64,000 bases of DNA from Lytechinus pictus (Eukaryota): NCBI RefSeq assembly GCF_037042905.1, contig NC_087252.1:5706001-5770000 (forward strand). Reading direction: 5' to 3'. Below the pieces are notes generated by a model. That model saw nothing but the letters and a program-made list of their open reading frames with translations. It was not told the DNA's origin and did no database searches. How positions within the stretch are numbered: position 1 is the stretch's first letter; each line of letters begins with the position of its first letter. Positions 1 to 12,141 of this stretch are shown here, one piece after another. Both the position numbers and the translations under genes were made by a program.

Positions 1-1889
1 CCATACTCGTAGAATATTTTTGGTATTTTCTGAACCATCCAATAATAATATAAATATTTATGCTGTTTGACCTGCGACCGATCGCATGCGATGTTTTTAA
101 ATCGGCCATGAATAGTGACGTGTGAGGAAATAGATACTGGCTCAAAATCAACAATTTAGAGGATAACCAGAGGATGGACACGGAGTGAAATACGGGTGAA
201 GAGTAAGAAATTAAGCCATTTTTCTTTCTCTTTATATTTTTTGTTATGATTTTTACAATAAATAACATTTCCATCGGCCACCCCACCTTTGTCACTCGGA
301 ATATCCGATCGAGATCACCGTCCCGAAGTTTGGGTAGGTGGAGTGTAGTGTAGCGGTAGTGAAGTGGAGTGGAGCCTGCACGAACTTCGCTCGAGGTATA
401 CTAGATCTAACTAACTGTAGTTGACATTGGGTGATTTCAAGTTCGGTGTTGGTGTTGAGAGCGTAAAAAGGCCGCTGAACCGAGCTCCAACACCGAGCTG
501 GGACTGGGTTCAGAAGAATGATACCAATTGCGTTATCGATAGCACATGACGTCACGCCTCTGCGCTGCACTGCTAAATCATCTCAACTTCACGTGAGAAG
601 TCTCGACGACGAAAATGAAATCGGAAAGAAATGCATTAAATTCTCATCGTACAGAATACATGTATACCCAGTGGTTGTGTGTCCGGACGGGTTGGGTGTC
701 CGGACACATGACTTTTACTCTCAATTTTGAAAAGTTTACAAGCAATGTCTTTAATTCTTTTTAGCACAGAATATAAGAAAATATTATAAAGAACAAATAT
801 TGATGGTGAAAAAAAACTATTCAACCTATATTTTTGGTTTATTCCTGAGATAAAACAAGGCTTCATTTCTGTTACGTGTCCGGACACCCAACCCCCCATC
901 CTACCAATGTTTTAATTAATTCAAGAATTCGAAAGAGTGAACATTATTCTTTATCAAAATATATAGGCCCCTACAGCTCAAATGATTTGTTCTACTACTA
1001 CTAGTACTAGCTCATCTTAACTGTAAAAGCTAATTTTACGGGGATGTTTCATCGTGTTTGCCGCCTGTTCACGAGCTTGAGATTGCCAACACCAACACCG
1101 AACTTGAAACCATGATTTTCCCAATCCCTGGGGGTTGGTGTTGGTGAATGGGGAAATTGCACGTAGATCGTCAACACCAGCCGCAGTGCTGGGTTCAGCA
1201 GACGACATTCAACACGAACTGCCGGAAATACGTCATATTTTCCGAGGTCAATCCCAACACCAGCCCGATTTCAAGTACGGTGTTGTCACAACACCAACAC
1301 CAGATTTCAACACCGTCACCGTACTTGAAATCACCCATTGACATTGTCATTGATTTGATTTAGATCTAATCTAATCCACCCCTTTAAATAAGTTTAATTG
1401 CACAAATTTAATATTTTGAGGTTTATATTTTCATCTTGACATTTACAAATGAAGATACAAATGAATATATAAATGGCATCATAATATAAATATCCTTGTG
1501 AAGCTCATAAAACAAGCTTGGCCCACGGCTTCGCACCTTCGATTCAATTCGTTCAACCACAGTGTCAAAATATCCAACACTCAAATGCACCAATGGGACT
1601 GTAGCAGCGCGTACGCGACGATACATTGCATCGTCTGGACTTGTCAATGCCAAAACCTTGTTCGTAATCATGAAAACCAACACTATTAATTTCATATAAC
1701 TGCATAAATTGTATCAATATATTCCAGAGAAGCACAGCAGAAATTTCTTTTACGAATTCAAAGCAAAATACTTACGAATTTCTGATCAAGAAGATCACTT
1801 GACACATCCAAGACGTCAAGGAAAATTCTCTTTGCTTCGCGGGCTTTTCACAAACTTCTCAAGTGCGCATGCTCGAAAAAGAAAACTTA

Positions 1890-3144
1890 TCATTAACCTG
1901 ATTTTTCTGTAAATTTTACAAAGTTTCCGTAGAAATTGCACTTTGCACATATTACGAATTAATCTGTTAAATCGTGTCTGTAAACTTACATCTACTTTAC
2001 AGTAAATTTACAAAGATGTATCGTAAACGTCTAACGTCAGTAAATTTACCATTATAACCTGATTTTTCTGTAAATTTTACAAATTTTCCGAAGAAATTGC
2101 ACTTTACACATATTACAAATTAATCTGTTAAATCTTGTCCATAAACTTACATCTGCTTTACAGTAAATTTACAAGATGTATCGTAAACGTCTCCTTTCAA
2201 TAATGATCTTCACTACAATTACGGACAACGTCAGTAAATTTATCATTAACCTGATTTTTCTGTAAATTCTACAAAGTTTCCGTAGAAATTGCACTTTATC
2301 TGTTAAATCTTGTCCGTAAATTTACAGCTACTTTCTAGTAAATTTACAAAGATTTGTACAGTAAACCACTAAATATCTCCTTTCAAGTTTACGGATAAGA
2401 TAAACAGATTTATTTGTAATATGTGTAAAGTGGAATTTCTACGGAAATTTGTAAAATTTACAGAAAAATCAGGTTAATGATAAATTTTCTGACGTTGTCC
2501 GTAAACTTACATCTACTTTACAGTAAATTTACAAGATGTACTGTAAACGTCTCCTTTCAATAATGATCTTCTGTACAATTATACGGATCAAAACGTTTGT
2601 AAAATTGATCATTTACCTGATTTTATGTAATTTTTACAAATTTTCCGTAGAAATTGCACTTTACACGTATTACAAATTAATCTGTTCAATCTTGTCCGTA
2701 AACTTACAGCTACTAGTAAATTTACAAAGATTTGTACCGTAAACCACTAAACGTCTCCTCAGTTTCAAGAATGATCTTCACTACAATTACGGACAACGTC
2801 AGAAAATGTATCATTATAACCTGATTTTTCAGTAAATTTTACAAATTTTTCCGTAGAAATTGCACTTTACACGTAATACAAATTAATCTGTTAAATCTTA
2901 TCCGTAAACTTACATCTACTTTACAGTAAATTTACAAGATGTATCGTAAACGTCTCCTTTCAATAATGATCTTCTGTACAATTACAGAAAACGTCTGTAA
3001 ATTTGATCATTTACCTGATTATTATGTAATTTTTACGGATTTTCTGTAGAAATCCGTAAATTTACAATTTTATTCCGTATTTTATCGTTTACGGACGATT
3101 TCTGTTAAATTTTGTCCGTAAAATTACGGCAATTTTTAACAGTG
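1890..3144. mobile_element. One end of a CMC/EnSpm-like element: tandem array (units roughly 165-190 bp) ending in ...TTTTTAACAGTG
   Basis: Repeated unit (aacctgatttttctgtaaattttacaaa...gtaaacttacatctactttacagtaaatttacaag). The terminus reverse-complements to CACTGTTAAAAA and is followed by TA. The partner end was not found in the window. Confidence 0.65.
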
Positions 3145-3408
3145 TACGTACAATTCTCGAAATCTAAACCATGATTTGTCATGAAACACGAATTATTCGA
3201 ATTTTATCAAGACTGTCACCATAGAAATTGTACGGTTGTGGGATGAAGTATTAATTTCAGTTAATGTTTATCAAGGAAATGCTAATTGATTCTTTTGTAC
3301 TGTGTTTTCATGTATTCAGCCTGTGATGTTCAGTTCAGTGCCGAACAGACCTGCTATTGCGCCCGTCGTACCGGCAAGTTTGCTTTCTGCGGAGGTAAGG
3401 AACTAATA

Positions 3409-3727
3409 ATAGAGAGTTTTCGAGCCCAACGCACGACGGATTCAAGAAAACAGAAAACGTGTTTAAAATACTTCCAAATGGCAAAGAACTGCTGGAGGGC
3501 TTTTGTCGAAAATGGAAGAATCAAAACGGCAGTTTCGTCCTGGACTCAGGACCAACGACATATTTGGAATTTTAAGTCAGGTTCGAAATTCGGACAAAAC
3601 TGCCGTTCCGGTTAACCAATTTTCGACAAAGACCTCTCAGATGTCATTGTTATTTGACGGGCAATTTCAATACATTTACTGTGTCCTTGAATCCGTTGTG
3701 CGTCGCGGATATCGGACCAATCTCCTA
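3409..3727. mobile_element. MITE-like element with imperfect inverted ends
   Basis: acgcacgacggattcaagaaaacag near the left end versus ctgtgtccttgaatccgttgtgcgt near the right end. Confidence 0.55.
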
Positions 3728-5055
3728 ATAAGTTACTTTAAACGATGATGACACTCGGTACCATATCCCTGCATCTGAACAATAAAAAAAATCACAACGA
3801 AATACTTCCACTTAAATATATTCAAATGGGTGAAAGGTATAGTTCCTTCAATGCAACTGTTATGAACAAAGGAGTAGTGACGGGTTAGTCTGCAAGCACA
3901 GACCCTTTCTTTGCGTATAGTGCACAATAAAGAGTCTTAAGTATTGAGACTAGATTCACTAACTGACGGTGGCTTGTTGGCACACCCATATGGTTTGGGG
4001 TCTACTCTCCATTCTCTAGACACGATGTTATTTGGTAAAATATCAAATTTGGGTCTGTGTTTTCAGACTATAGGTAAGCAAAATATTTACCAATTGTTGA
4101 CGCCATTCTTATTGTTCGAGCATTCGGACCGTCGTATGTAGAACAGTGACTTTTTGTTTCCAGATCACGCGAATGGTCGAAATTATCATAGGAGGTGATC
4201 TGGTTTAAAAACTCATTTTTGTAGAGGTGAAATTGCATATGACTGTTATTTAGATATATAAATAAATATATTTATAACTGTTTTGTGTAAAATAAGCGAT
4301 CATTGTTTTAATGTTATAATACCATTTATTTTGATATTCAATTTCGATAAATTATCAGCGTTTTGCGCATTTTCTTTTATTTTTTAAAATTTCAAATCAT
4401 TTTTGTTTGCTCGGATGGATCACCCGATAAATGAGTTTTAGACTGACATATTATGTATAATTATCATTCCTTACTGGGATTTTTTAATCTCATTCGTTTC
4501 CAAAGGCGCTGCTGGTGGCGAGAACATGTAAACGTCACGACCTCTGACATCTCATCTCCGGCCCTCGAGACGTAATCGATAGTTCCATGTCCAAACCAAT
4601 GATAGCAGCTATCATCAATAAATTCATGAATTAAAAATATTTTTGAGTACAGATAGAAATAAATGGTATACCAAAACATAATTATATTTGTGTTTTAAGT
4701 GTTTCACATGCCGTTTAAAAATTCGAAGTATGAACACATTATACGAGAGAGAGAGAGAGAGAGAGAAAGAGAGGGTAGGGGCTGGCCATTTGAAAATGGG
4801 GTGATGTAGGTGATGAAGCAACCCAAATATTTTTTCTGGGGATGATGCGTATGTATAGATTATAGGCAGCACCCCTAGAAATCAGGATGGTAGCTAAAAT
4901 GCTGTATTTTTAAAAACCAAAAAGGGAACGAAAGCCCAGTTTGATCGTAAAACATTTTCTTTATCAAAATCACCTTCGTTTCTGGAACCACCTTCTTTTT
5001 TCCTTAACCAGCAACTCCTCTTCAAACATAATTCCAAAGCCCATGAAGAGAGATA

Positions 5056-5127
5056 GATATATAGATAGATAGATAGATAGATAGAAAGATAGACAGATAG
5101 AGAGAGGGGGTATAATAGGGGAGAGGA

Positions 5128-5164
<37 letters not shown>
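5056..5164. repeat. (GATA)n and (TA)n microsatellites
   Basis: Directly visible. Confidence 0.9.
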
Positions 5165-5169
<5 letters not shown>

Positions 5170-5341
5170 GTCGCGGAACGGTTTTCAAAGTGGGGGGGTT
5201 GAGCCAAAAGTGGGGGGCTGACCATGCTAAAAATCACAATCATATGGTCATTTTTACATTTTTGTACACGGTTTTGGAAAAAAAGTGGGGGGGGGGGCTG
5301 AAGCCCCCCAGCCCCCCCCCCCCCCGGTTCCGCGGCCCCTG
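5165..5341. mobile_element. Short GC-rich MITE inserted in a TA tract
   Basis: TIR taggggtcgcggaac / gttccgcggcccctg, with tatata on both flanks. Confidence 0.7.
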
Positions 5342-7803
5342 TATATAGGGCGAGAGGGGTGGGGGCAGAGAGAATAAAAAGAGGACGGTCAAAACTTGTC
5401 AATACCAGGTCTTTGAGAACAAGGGAATTACATGTCTGTGGGATAAGGTTACAATTTCAGACGCTAGAAATCAATGACCCGGATATTGTTTCTGCGCTCA
5501 TTTGTGGTGAGTGTAATAACATGTCCGTTGGGCCTCAGTGCTGTAAAAATAATCATTGCTTTTTGTCAAAATGCAGGGCGTCTTTGGAAAGCAGTTTTGC
5601 ATAACTGAACAGGCCTACCCTGCAGTATAAACTAGATAAAACCAATGAATAAATAAATAAATTTCGATAAAAGCTCTTCTTTTTATGAAGGGATTAGCCA
5701 CAAGGAAATAGATATGGATATCATATCGTAATAACACGTTTTAAACTCTGCCTACTGATTTCTGCAGACTTCTTTAGATTAGCGCTGTCTCGTCGTAGAC
5801 GGGGTAGTTGGAGTATGGAAATCCGAGAGATAAATACTGAATACCATAGACAAAAAACCCGATTCTTTTGGACTGTCGATACCCCACCTACGGCGAACTA
5901 TAGACATTTAAGAACATCTGCACTGAGGCGGCTCCGAGGACGCCTTTACTTACAAATCTATTAAGTTCAAGTGTTTGGCTTTGATTTACTTCTTCTTTTT
6001 GTTTTGGATAAGATGAACAAAATACAGAGTAAAGAATAAATAAACTAACATATTCCTAGGGCCATGGGAACGATTTTTTGGTTGTTGTTTACTGAGTGTG
6101 CTGATGCAAATTGGAAAAAAAAAGGTTTCCACTACAAAATGAAGGTAATCATGGTAATTTGGTTACATTTTCCTATTTTTACACATCTTCCAGAATACCT
6201 GGGGGTGCTGCCTATGGAGAATAACACATGCAGCACCCCTAAGGATTTTTTTTTTTTGGGGGGGGGGTTCTTCAGCACACCCGCACCCATGAATGTGCAG
6301 TCACATTTTCCGTAGAGCCACTCAAAAACAGCTACATAGGTGGTTTGAATAAAAAGGAATAAAACGGCTGTTCCGACTTGCTGTATTGGAAATGTAACTG
6401 CAGCATAATGTTGGAATATTTGATCATCTAACAGTCTAAGAGGGTGTGGCAAGAAAATATTTGCAATCAATAGCTAATTTCAGGTGCAAGTTTTTAAGAT
6501 ATTGATCAATTGAAACTGAAACTTTTAATTACTGATGCAAGGAGTAGACTAGCAATCAATTGAAAATTTACAATTAATTGTAAGACTTATAATTAATTTT
6601 AAGAGCTAAAATTGAATGGCAATTTTTATGCAACAACCAGTAGATTCCAATATTTGGTTCATCGGACATGACTCGAGAAATTACAGTAGTTCTAAGGGTT
6701 ATTGCGTTATCTTTTTAAATAGCTAGGATAATGTAGAAAATTTGTTGTATTTTCAGCGTGCTTATTTCAAATAATTATGTCAAAGCGTTAACATAAGATG
6801 ATAACATTGGACAAACAATCTAAAGTTGAAAGCCTATATCACAAGATTTTATGTTCTGATTGAATTATGCAATTATTAATTTATTACATTTTGGATCCAA
6901 GTTTGATACAGCTGTAAAAATAACCTGAAATCTAAAGTAATGCATTTGTCCAAAAAAATATTTTGTTCTAATACTTTTGTGCTATTCATGCACGGCGAAA
7001 GCATCAGATGTTGTTCTGAAAAGTTCCGAATGAGTCTGCATTTATTTATTTATTCATTTACTTATTTATTTATTTGTTCATTTATTTATTCATTCAATGT
7101 ATTCATGCAGAATGAAAAAAATTGGAATCAGCAAGGCTGTTTTTCATCGATATCCTGTTTCACCGATGTCCTCGTTGTCATGTAAACATAATATGTTTAC
7201 ATCTACCTCTAAGCAATTGACAATTATCAAAAATGAACAGTATAATATAGCACATTATACAAAGAGTTTTATATTATTATCACCTATTATCATTAGTATT
7301 GATTGGTTAGTATTGATTACTGTCGGGTGTGGGAGTTTGGAGGCCGCCCGAATGCTTATTGGCAGAAATATAAAAGGAAGAAAAGACATTGGACGAAAGG
7401 AACTACTTTTTTCTAGATATGTAAAATCTGTTAAAAAATAGATTAAAATTATTTGGGGTTAATTACCTCGCTTCGTTCACTCTTCACTGTTTAGGAATCA
7501 TCTGTGCACGAGTGTCTTCATGTGCTCATAATTTATTTTTTGGTGAACATGAAAGCATTTTAGAACACAATCTCCTTGCTAAAAAAAGTGCCTCTTGAAT
7601 TTTACATTTCATGTCAGAAATGGATTAAAGTCAAAAGTTGTTTCAAGGAATGCCGGTATTCTATGTTGAAATAAACAGTTTTTTATATCCCTTTATGTTT
7701 TACAATGTTTTAAAATTACCGAAATCAAAAGAAATACTGCCTATATCTCGGTCAAATGATTTTAAAAGAATAACTTTTCCATATAGTGGAAAGTGATTTA
7801 CTA

Positions 7804-8187
7804 TGGTTAATTTCCAATGTGTCTAATGCCAATTCGTCCTATTGCCAACTCGTCTATTTTGGTCTACAATCAGTTCATCCACTCACCACATGGTCTACTT
7901 TCATTTAGTGTAATGCCATTCCGGCTAATAACCAGTTGGTCCAATAGCCATTTAGTCCATATACCATTTGGTCTAATTGGACTATGTGTTAAATTGTGCA
8001 AAATGAATTAAAATAAAATGGATATTGGACCAACTGGTTATGAGACGAATTGGTGATTAGGCGAAGTGATGATTGGACCAAATGGTTGTGAGACGAAATG
8101 TTGATGGACGAAATGGCATTTGACTAAATGAAAGTAGACCATGTCGTGAGTGGACGAGTTGGGAGTAGACTAATTGGCAATTTACCT
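7804..8187. mobile_element. Foldback-like MITE built from short (about 15-20 bp) internal repeats; partial second copy at 19204-19345
   Basis: Arms gccaattcgtcc...actcaccacatggtctactttcatttagt versus actaaatgaaagtagaccatg...taattggcaatttacc; the same left arm occurs at 19204. Confidence 0.7.
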
Positions 8188-9679
8188 TATATGAATTGAT
8201 TTTGAAACAATCAGAAAGTCTTTAGATTTTAACATTAAAAAAGATCTTGTTAACCAAATCATGGCTTAAACATAAGTAAACAATAAACATCCATAAACTG
8301 ATATCGGTTGAAGAATGACACTTTTTTTATTTGACATGACAACATTTACTTTTCGTCTTGATTTCAACTTCAATAAGCCATACATACTGTTCATAGACAT
8401 GCAACAAATTGCACTTCAGCACTGCACTGGTATACTATTGACATTTCAATTTAACATTCAGTAACGGTTACACATATAATGTGAGATATCAGAGGATGAA
8501 ACGATAATACAAAAGGCACTTTTATCATTAATAGCAAAAAAGAAGTATTGAAAGTTTACAAAGTATTGCACTGAAATTGAACACGATTAGACATGCATCG
8601 CGAGTGAACACCAGAAAGTTTTTTGCTTTCACCTACTTATCCAAGTCAGGAAAGCTCACAGCAAATATCCTTACCTCCGAATATTTCTTATATCATCTAT
8701 CTACGAATAAAAACTTCTGATAATTCAACCATCTTTAAGCTAATGCTTTGACACATACAACATGTACAAAGTGCATTTCAACTTGCATGGCTTCCCCATT
8801 CATTAATACTATATCAACAATTGCCATTTAGTCTATATACTTTTCGCACATAACTTGGGAGCGAAAATCCATTTTCATCGTCATTATCAACAATGAAATA
8901 CCTACTTTTGATATGAAATAAGGAAGGGTTTAAAAAAAGAACAACTTCGAAACATAAATGTTGCTTTGCGCTATACGCCCGTCTGTGTATTTTAGTAATG
9001 GAAACACTAGTGCGATGTTTATATTTTGCTTTATGTTACCGAATGCATTATTAGTTATTATTCATAGCTAGTGTTCATTTTGGTATAACGTTATTTACAT
9101 TCATAATTTTGATTTATCGTCAGAATTGATGCCACATTATATCATAAAGCACATCTCACCCTAAAGGGTCGTCAAAAAATATTCATATAACATATTGAAA
9201 AGGAGAATATTGGATAATTTGTTAATTTTTCGTCGTAGGTAAAAAATTTAATGCAAGAAAGGAAACAAAACTGTCATATAAGTCGCATAGTCAAGGTTAA
9301 TAGATGCAAAATTACATAATAATGATAATAATAATGTTAATAATAATAATGATGATAGTAATAATAATAATAACAATAAACTAGTTTGCTTCGACGTGTT
9401 TAAGCTTTAAAATATGCTGTGTACATTATGAACAGTCCAAAAGGAAAATGATATTAAAAAAGTTCCAATATACTTGGAAAAAAATTCGGAAAATGATTAG
9501 GGGCCTATATAATTATAAGTAGTTTGTATCGCACATATATAAAATAATAAAACCAATAACTATATATAACCAGTTATAAAGATACAATAGCAATGACAGC
9601 ACCAATATTAGTTTGTACATTGATGATAATAGTAATAAAACTTATGATTATCATAATTAATAACCATGCTGTTAGTTTC

Positions 9680-9800
9680 ATTGGCGTAAATCCGAGATGT
9701 CATTCTATTTAAGTGGGGGTGGGGGAACAAAACAATATATCATATCCCCAGCCCCCCCCCCCCCCCGAACTACAGGTTTGCCGCTCGGATTTACGCCAGT
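9680..9800. mobile_element. Short MITE
   Basis: TIR cattggcgtaaatccgag / ctcggatttacgccagtg with internal G/C runs. Confidence 0.7.
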
Positions 9801-10160
9801 GATTACTTTAGTTTACGATATAATTCTTTTCGCCAAAAATCACCACGCCAATAGCCAATCGAGTGTGCTTTTCGGGTGAACAATTATGGTTAAGTAAATA
9901 CCCTCATCACATTTTATCCCGCTTTTAAATAAAAACATAGTATTTACCCAGTATACGTCCATTTGTATCACCCTTAGAAAAAAAGATCTACACTAAGACT
10001 AATTTGTACTCCTACAAACTACTTTATAATTCTTTGTATATACAATGTTATAAAAAAAAATTATCATGAATAGGCAAAATGTTAATAAAATAGAATTGAA
10101 TTCCACACGCAATAGATAAAGGGGGGGGGGGTCATTTGAAATCAACTCCAAATTAAACAA

Positions 10161-10163
<3 letters not shown>

Positions 10164-10223
<60 letters not shown>
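10164..10223. repeat. (TA)n microsatellite
   Basis: Directly visible. Confidence 0.95.
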
Positions 10224-10229
<6 letters not shown>

Positions 10230-10384
10230 TATAATTATGTATAATTATATTGATATATTGATAATGGACGGTGGCGACGAAAGAAAAGATGGGGCACAAG
10301 ACGAAACAGCTAACGTCGATATTTAAAAATTGGTTAGAAGAATAGGTAATATAGAAGTATGTGGTGTCAGATCTTTATTCTTAT

Positions 10385-10740
10385 TTCATTCATGTTATTA
10401 TTTTTTTTATGACCCGATGGACTCTCCTCTCGATAAAACAGTGATGGGGGGAGGGGATGTCCAGGTGGACTACTCTACCAGGGTTTTTCCTACTCTTGTA
10501 CCAATAGTGCAGCAGGTTCTTAACGTGAAAAGGCGGTGACTCTCCTCTTCAGGCGGCCTCCAATTAAAGTCCTATCCGAGGAACATATTGTTTTCCTCTG
10601 TATCATAGCCATACATTTATGCAACAAGGGAGGGGCAGTTTTACACACAACGCAGACTTCATTCGCCGGCCCGGGGTGGATTCAAACCCACGACGTTAGG
10701 TTCGACATGCAGACGCTCTAACGACTGAACTAACTCGCTC
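10385..10740 (-). mobile_element. tRNA-derived SINE with a Nin-domain-like core
   Basis: Minus-strand head gagcgagttagttcagtcgttagagcg...gggtttgaatcc (A/B-box-like); core ttcctcggataggactttaa...cacgttaagaacc; A-rich tail. Confidence 0.7.
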
Positions 10741-10817
10741 ACTATTCCTTTCCACGTCCCTTCTATATCTTTTCTCCTCTTCTTTCCTTTTGTTTACTAT
10801 ACTAAATCATAGTGCCA

Positions 10818-11056
10818 CACTGCAAAAACTCCGGTGTTGATTTAACACCAGACCGGAATCTATATATGTCCACACCAGAGAAGTATTGAAACAACATCAG
10901 TTTGGAATCAAACCGATGCTGTTTTAATACTAATTGGTGTTGTATAAACAGCTATCTGGTGTTAGACCAAAACCAAACTGGTGTTGTTTAACACTTCTCT
11001 GGTGTGGAATATATATTCCAGGCTGGTGTTAAATCAATACCTGAGTTTTTGCAATG
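10818..11056. mobile_element. CMC/EnSpm-type MITE
   Basis: CACTGCAAAAACTC...GAGTTTTTGCAATG termini, long inverted arms, 2-bp TSD CA. Confidence 0.85.
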
Positions 11057-11366
11057 CACCTTCGTTATATTAAGTACGTAAAACGACAGTTGTATGCAAC
11101 TAAGCATCTGCCCGGCCCACACGCAGAGTAGGTGATTGGTTGAAACTTTCTATACCACACAACACGTGGAGTTTTGAAGAAATAGATACATCATAAAAAG
11201 GCAATCACCTTTAAGAAGAAGGTAAATTTTTAAGTATATTTGCAACACCCACCTAACTAAATGTACCATTCACATACTGATTGTATTTAGTGATATCATG
11301 AACCTTTTTTCTTAAGATAACATGCCCTACATGTATTAAATACATTGAAATTTCTTGCTTGTAATG

Positions 11367-11550
11367 CACTCTAAAAATGAAGTGCCAACTTACATGTAGC
11401 ACTTACTAAGAGCTTGTATAGCATGTATAGTGAGTGCACTTCGGAGTGCTCATTTTCTAGTTCAAATTTACATTACAAACTCAGCACTCCGAAGTGCAGT
11501 CACTATACAAGCTCCTTTGGTGCTGGATTAGCACTTTACTTTTTAGAGTG
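11367..11550. mobile_element. CMC/EnSpm-type MITE
   Basis: CACTCTAAAAA...TTTTTAGAGTG termini, palindromic interior, 2-bp TSD TG. Confidence 0.85.
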
Positions 11551-11995
11551 TGGTTTTGCGTTCTTGGGGAATAAGATAAGTTGGCGCGTGCGTGCGTGAG
11601 GGTGTGTGTGTGCTCGCGCGCGCGGGCACATGATTTGCACTTCACGATAGCCTAGCGTTCTCACTCACGCCACCCCATTCCCAAAGGTACATAGTGCTAT
11701 ATATTATCGGGATGAGAGGAAACGATCATTTCTATTTGATGAAATATCACCAAAACAATGTACGTTTAAGTATTAGCATAATTCTAAGCAATGCTGTTTG
11801 AACCTTCTGCCACGGAATATCTTAGTAAAAAAAACTCCCTTTATTTGTTACCCAATTTGTACATGCACAAAATTTAAAAAGTAAAGGACAAGAAGATAAT
11901 GGTCCAGGGTTGCCATCGGTATAAACCACAATGTAATATGTCTACCATGACAGTATAAGGAAGATATATTGGTGACAAGGTTGAATTAAATAATA

Positions 11996-12141
11996 TTAAG
12001 GTTTATTTTCCTCCTTCTCCTTCTTCATTTTCCGCTTATTGAGGCATAGTAAGATGATGAGCAATGCTGATGCGAATGTCTGTATGATCCCAAGGAGGAT
12101 AAAGGATTGGTCATAACTTCCAAAGTGATCAAACAGCCAAC
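11996..12141 (-). CDS. SLC16-family last coding exon (GWLFDHFGSYDQSFILLG...KEENKP*)
   Basis: Acceptor ctgcag|GT TGG (AG at 12143-12142); last TM helix, charged tail, TAA at 11998-11996. Confidence 0.93.
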
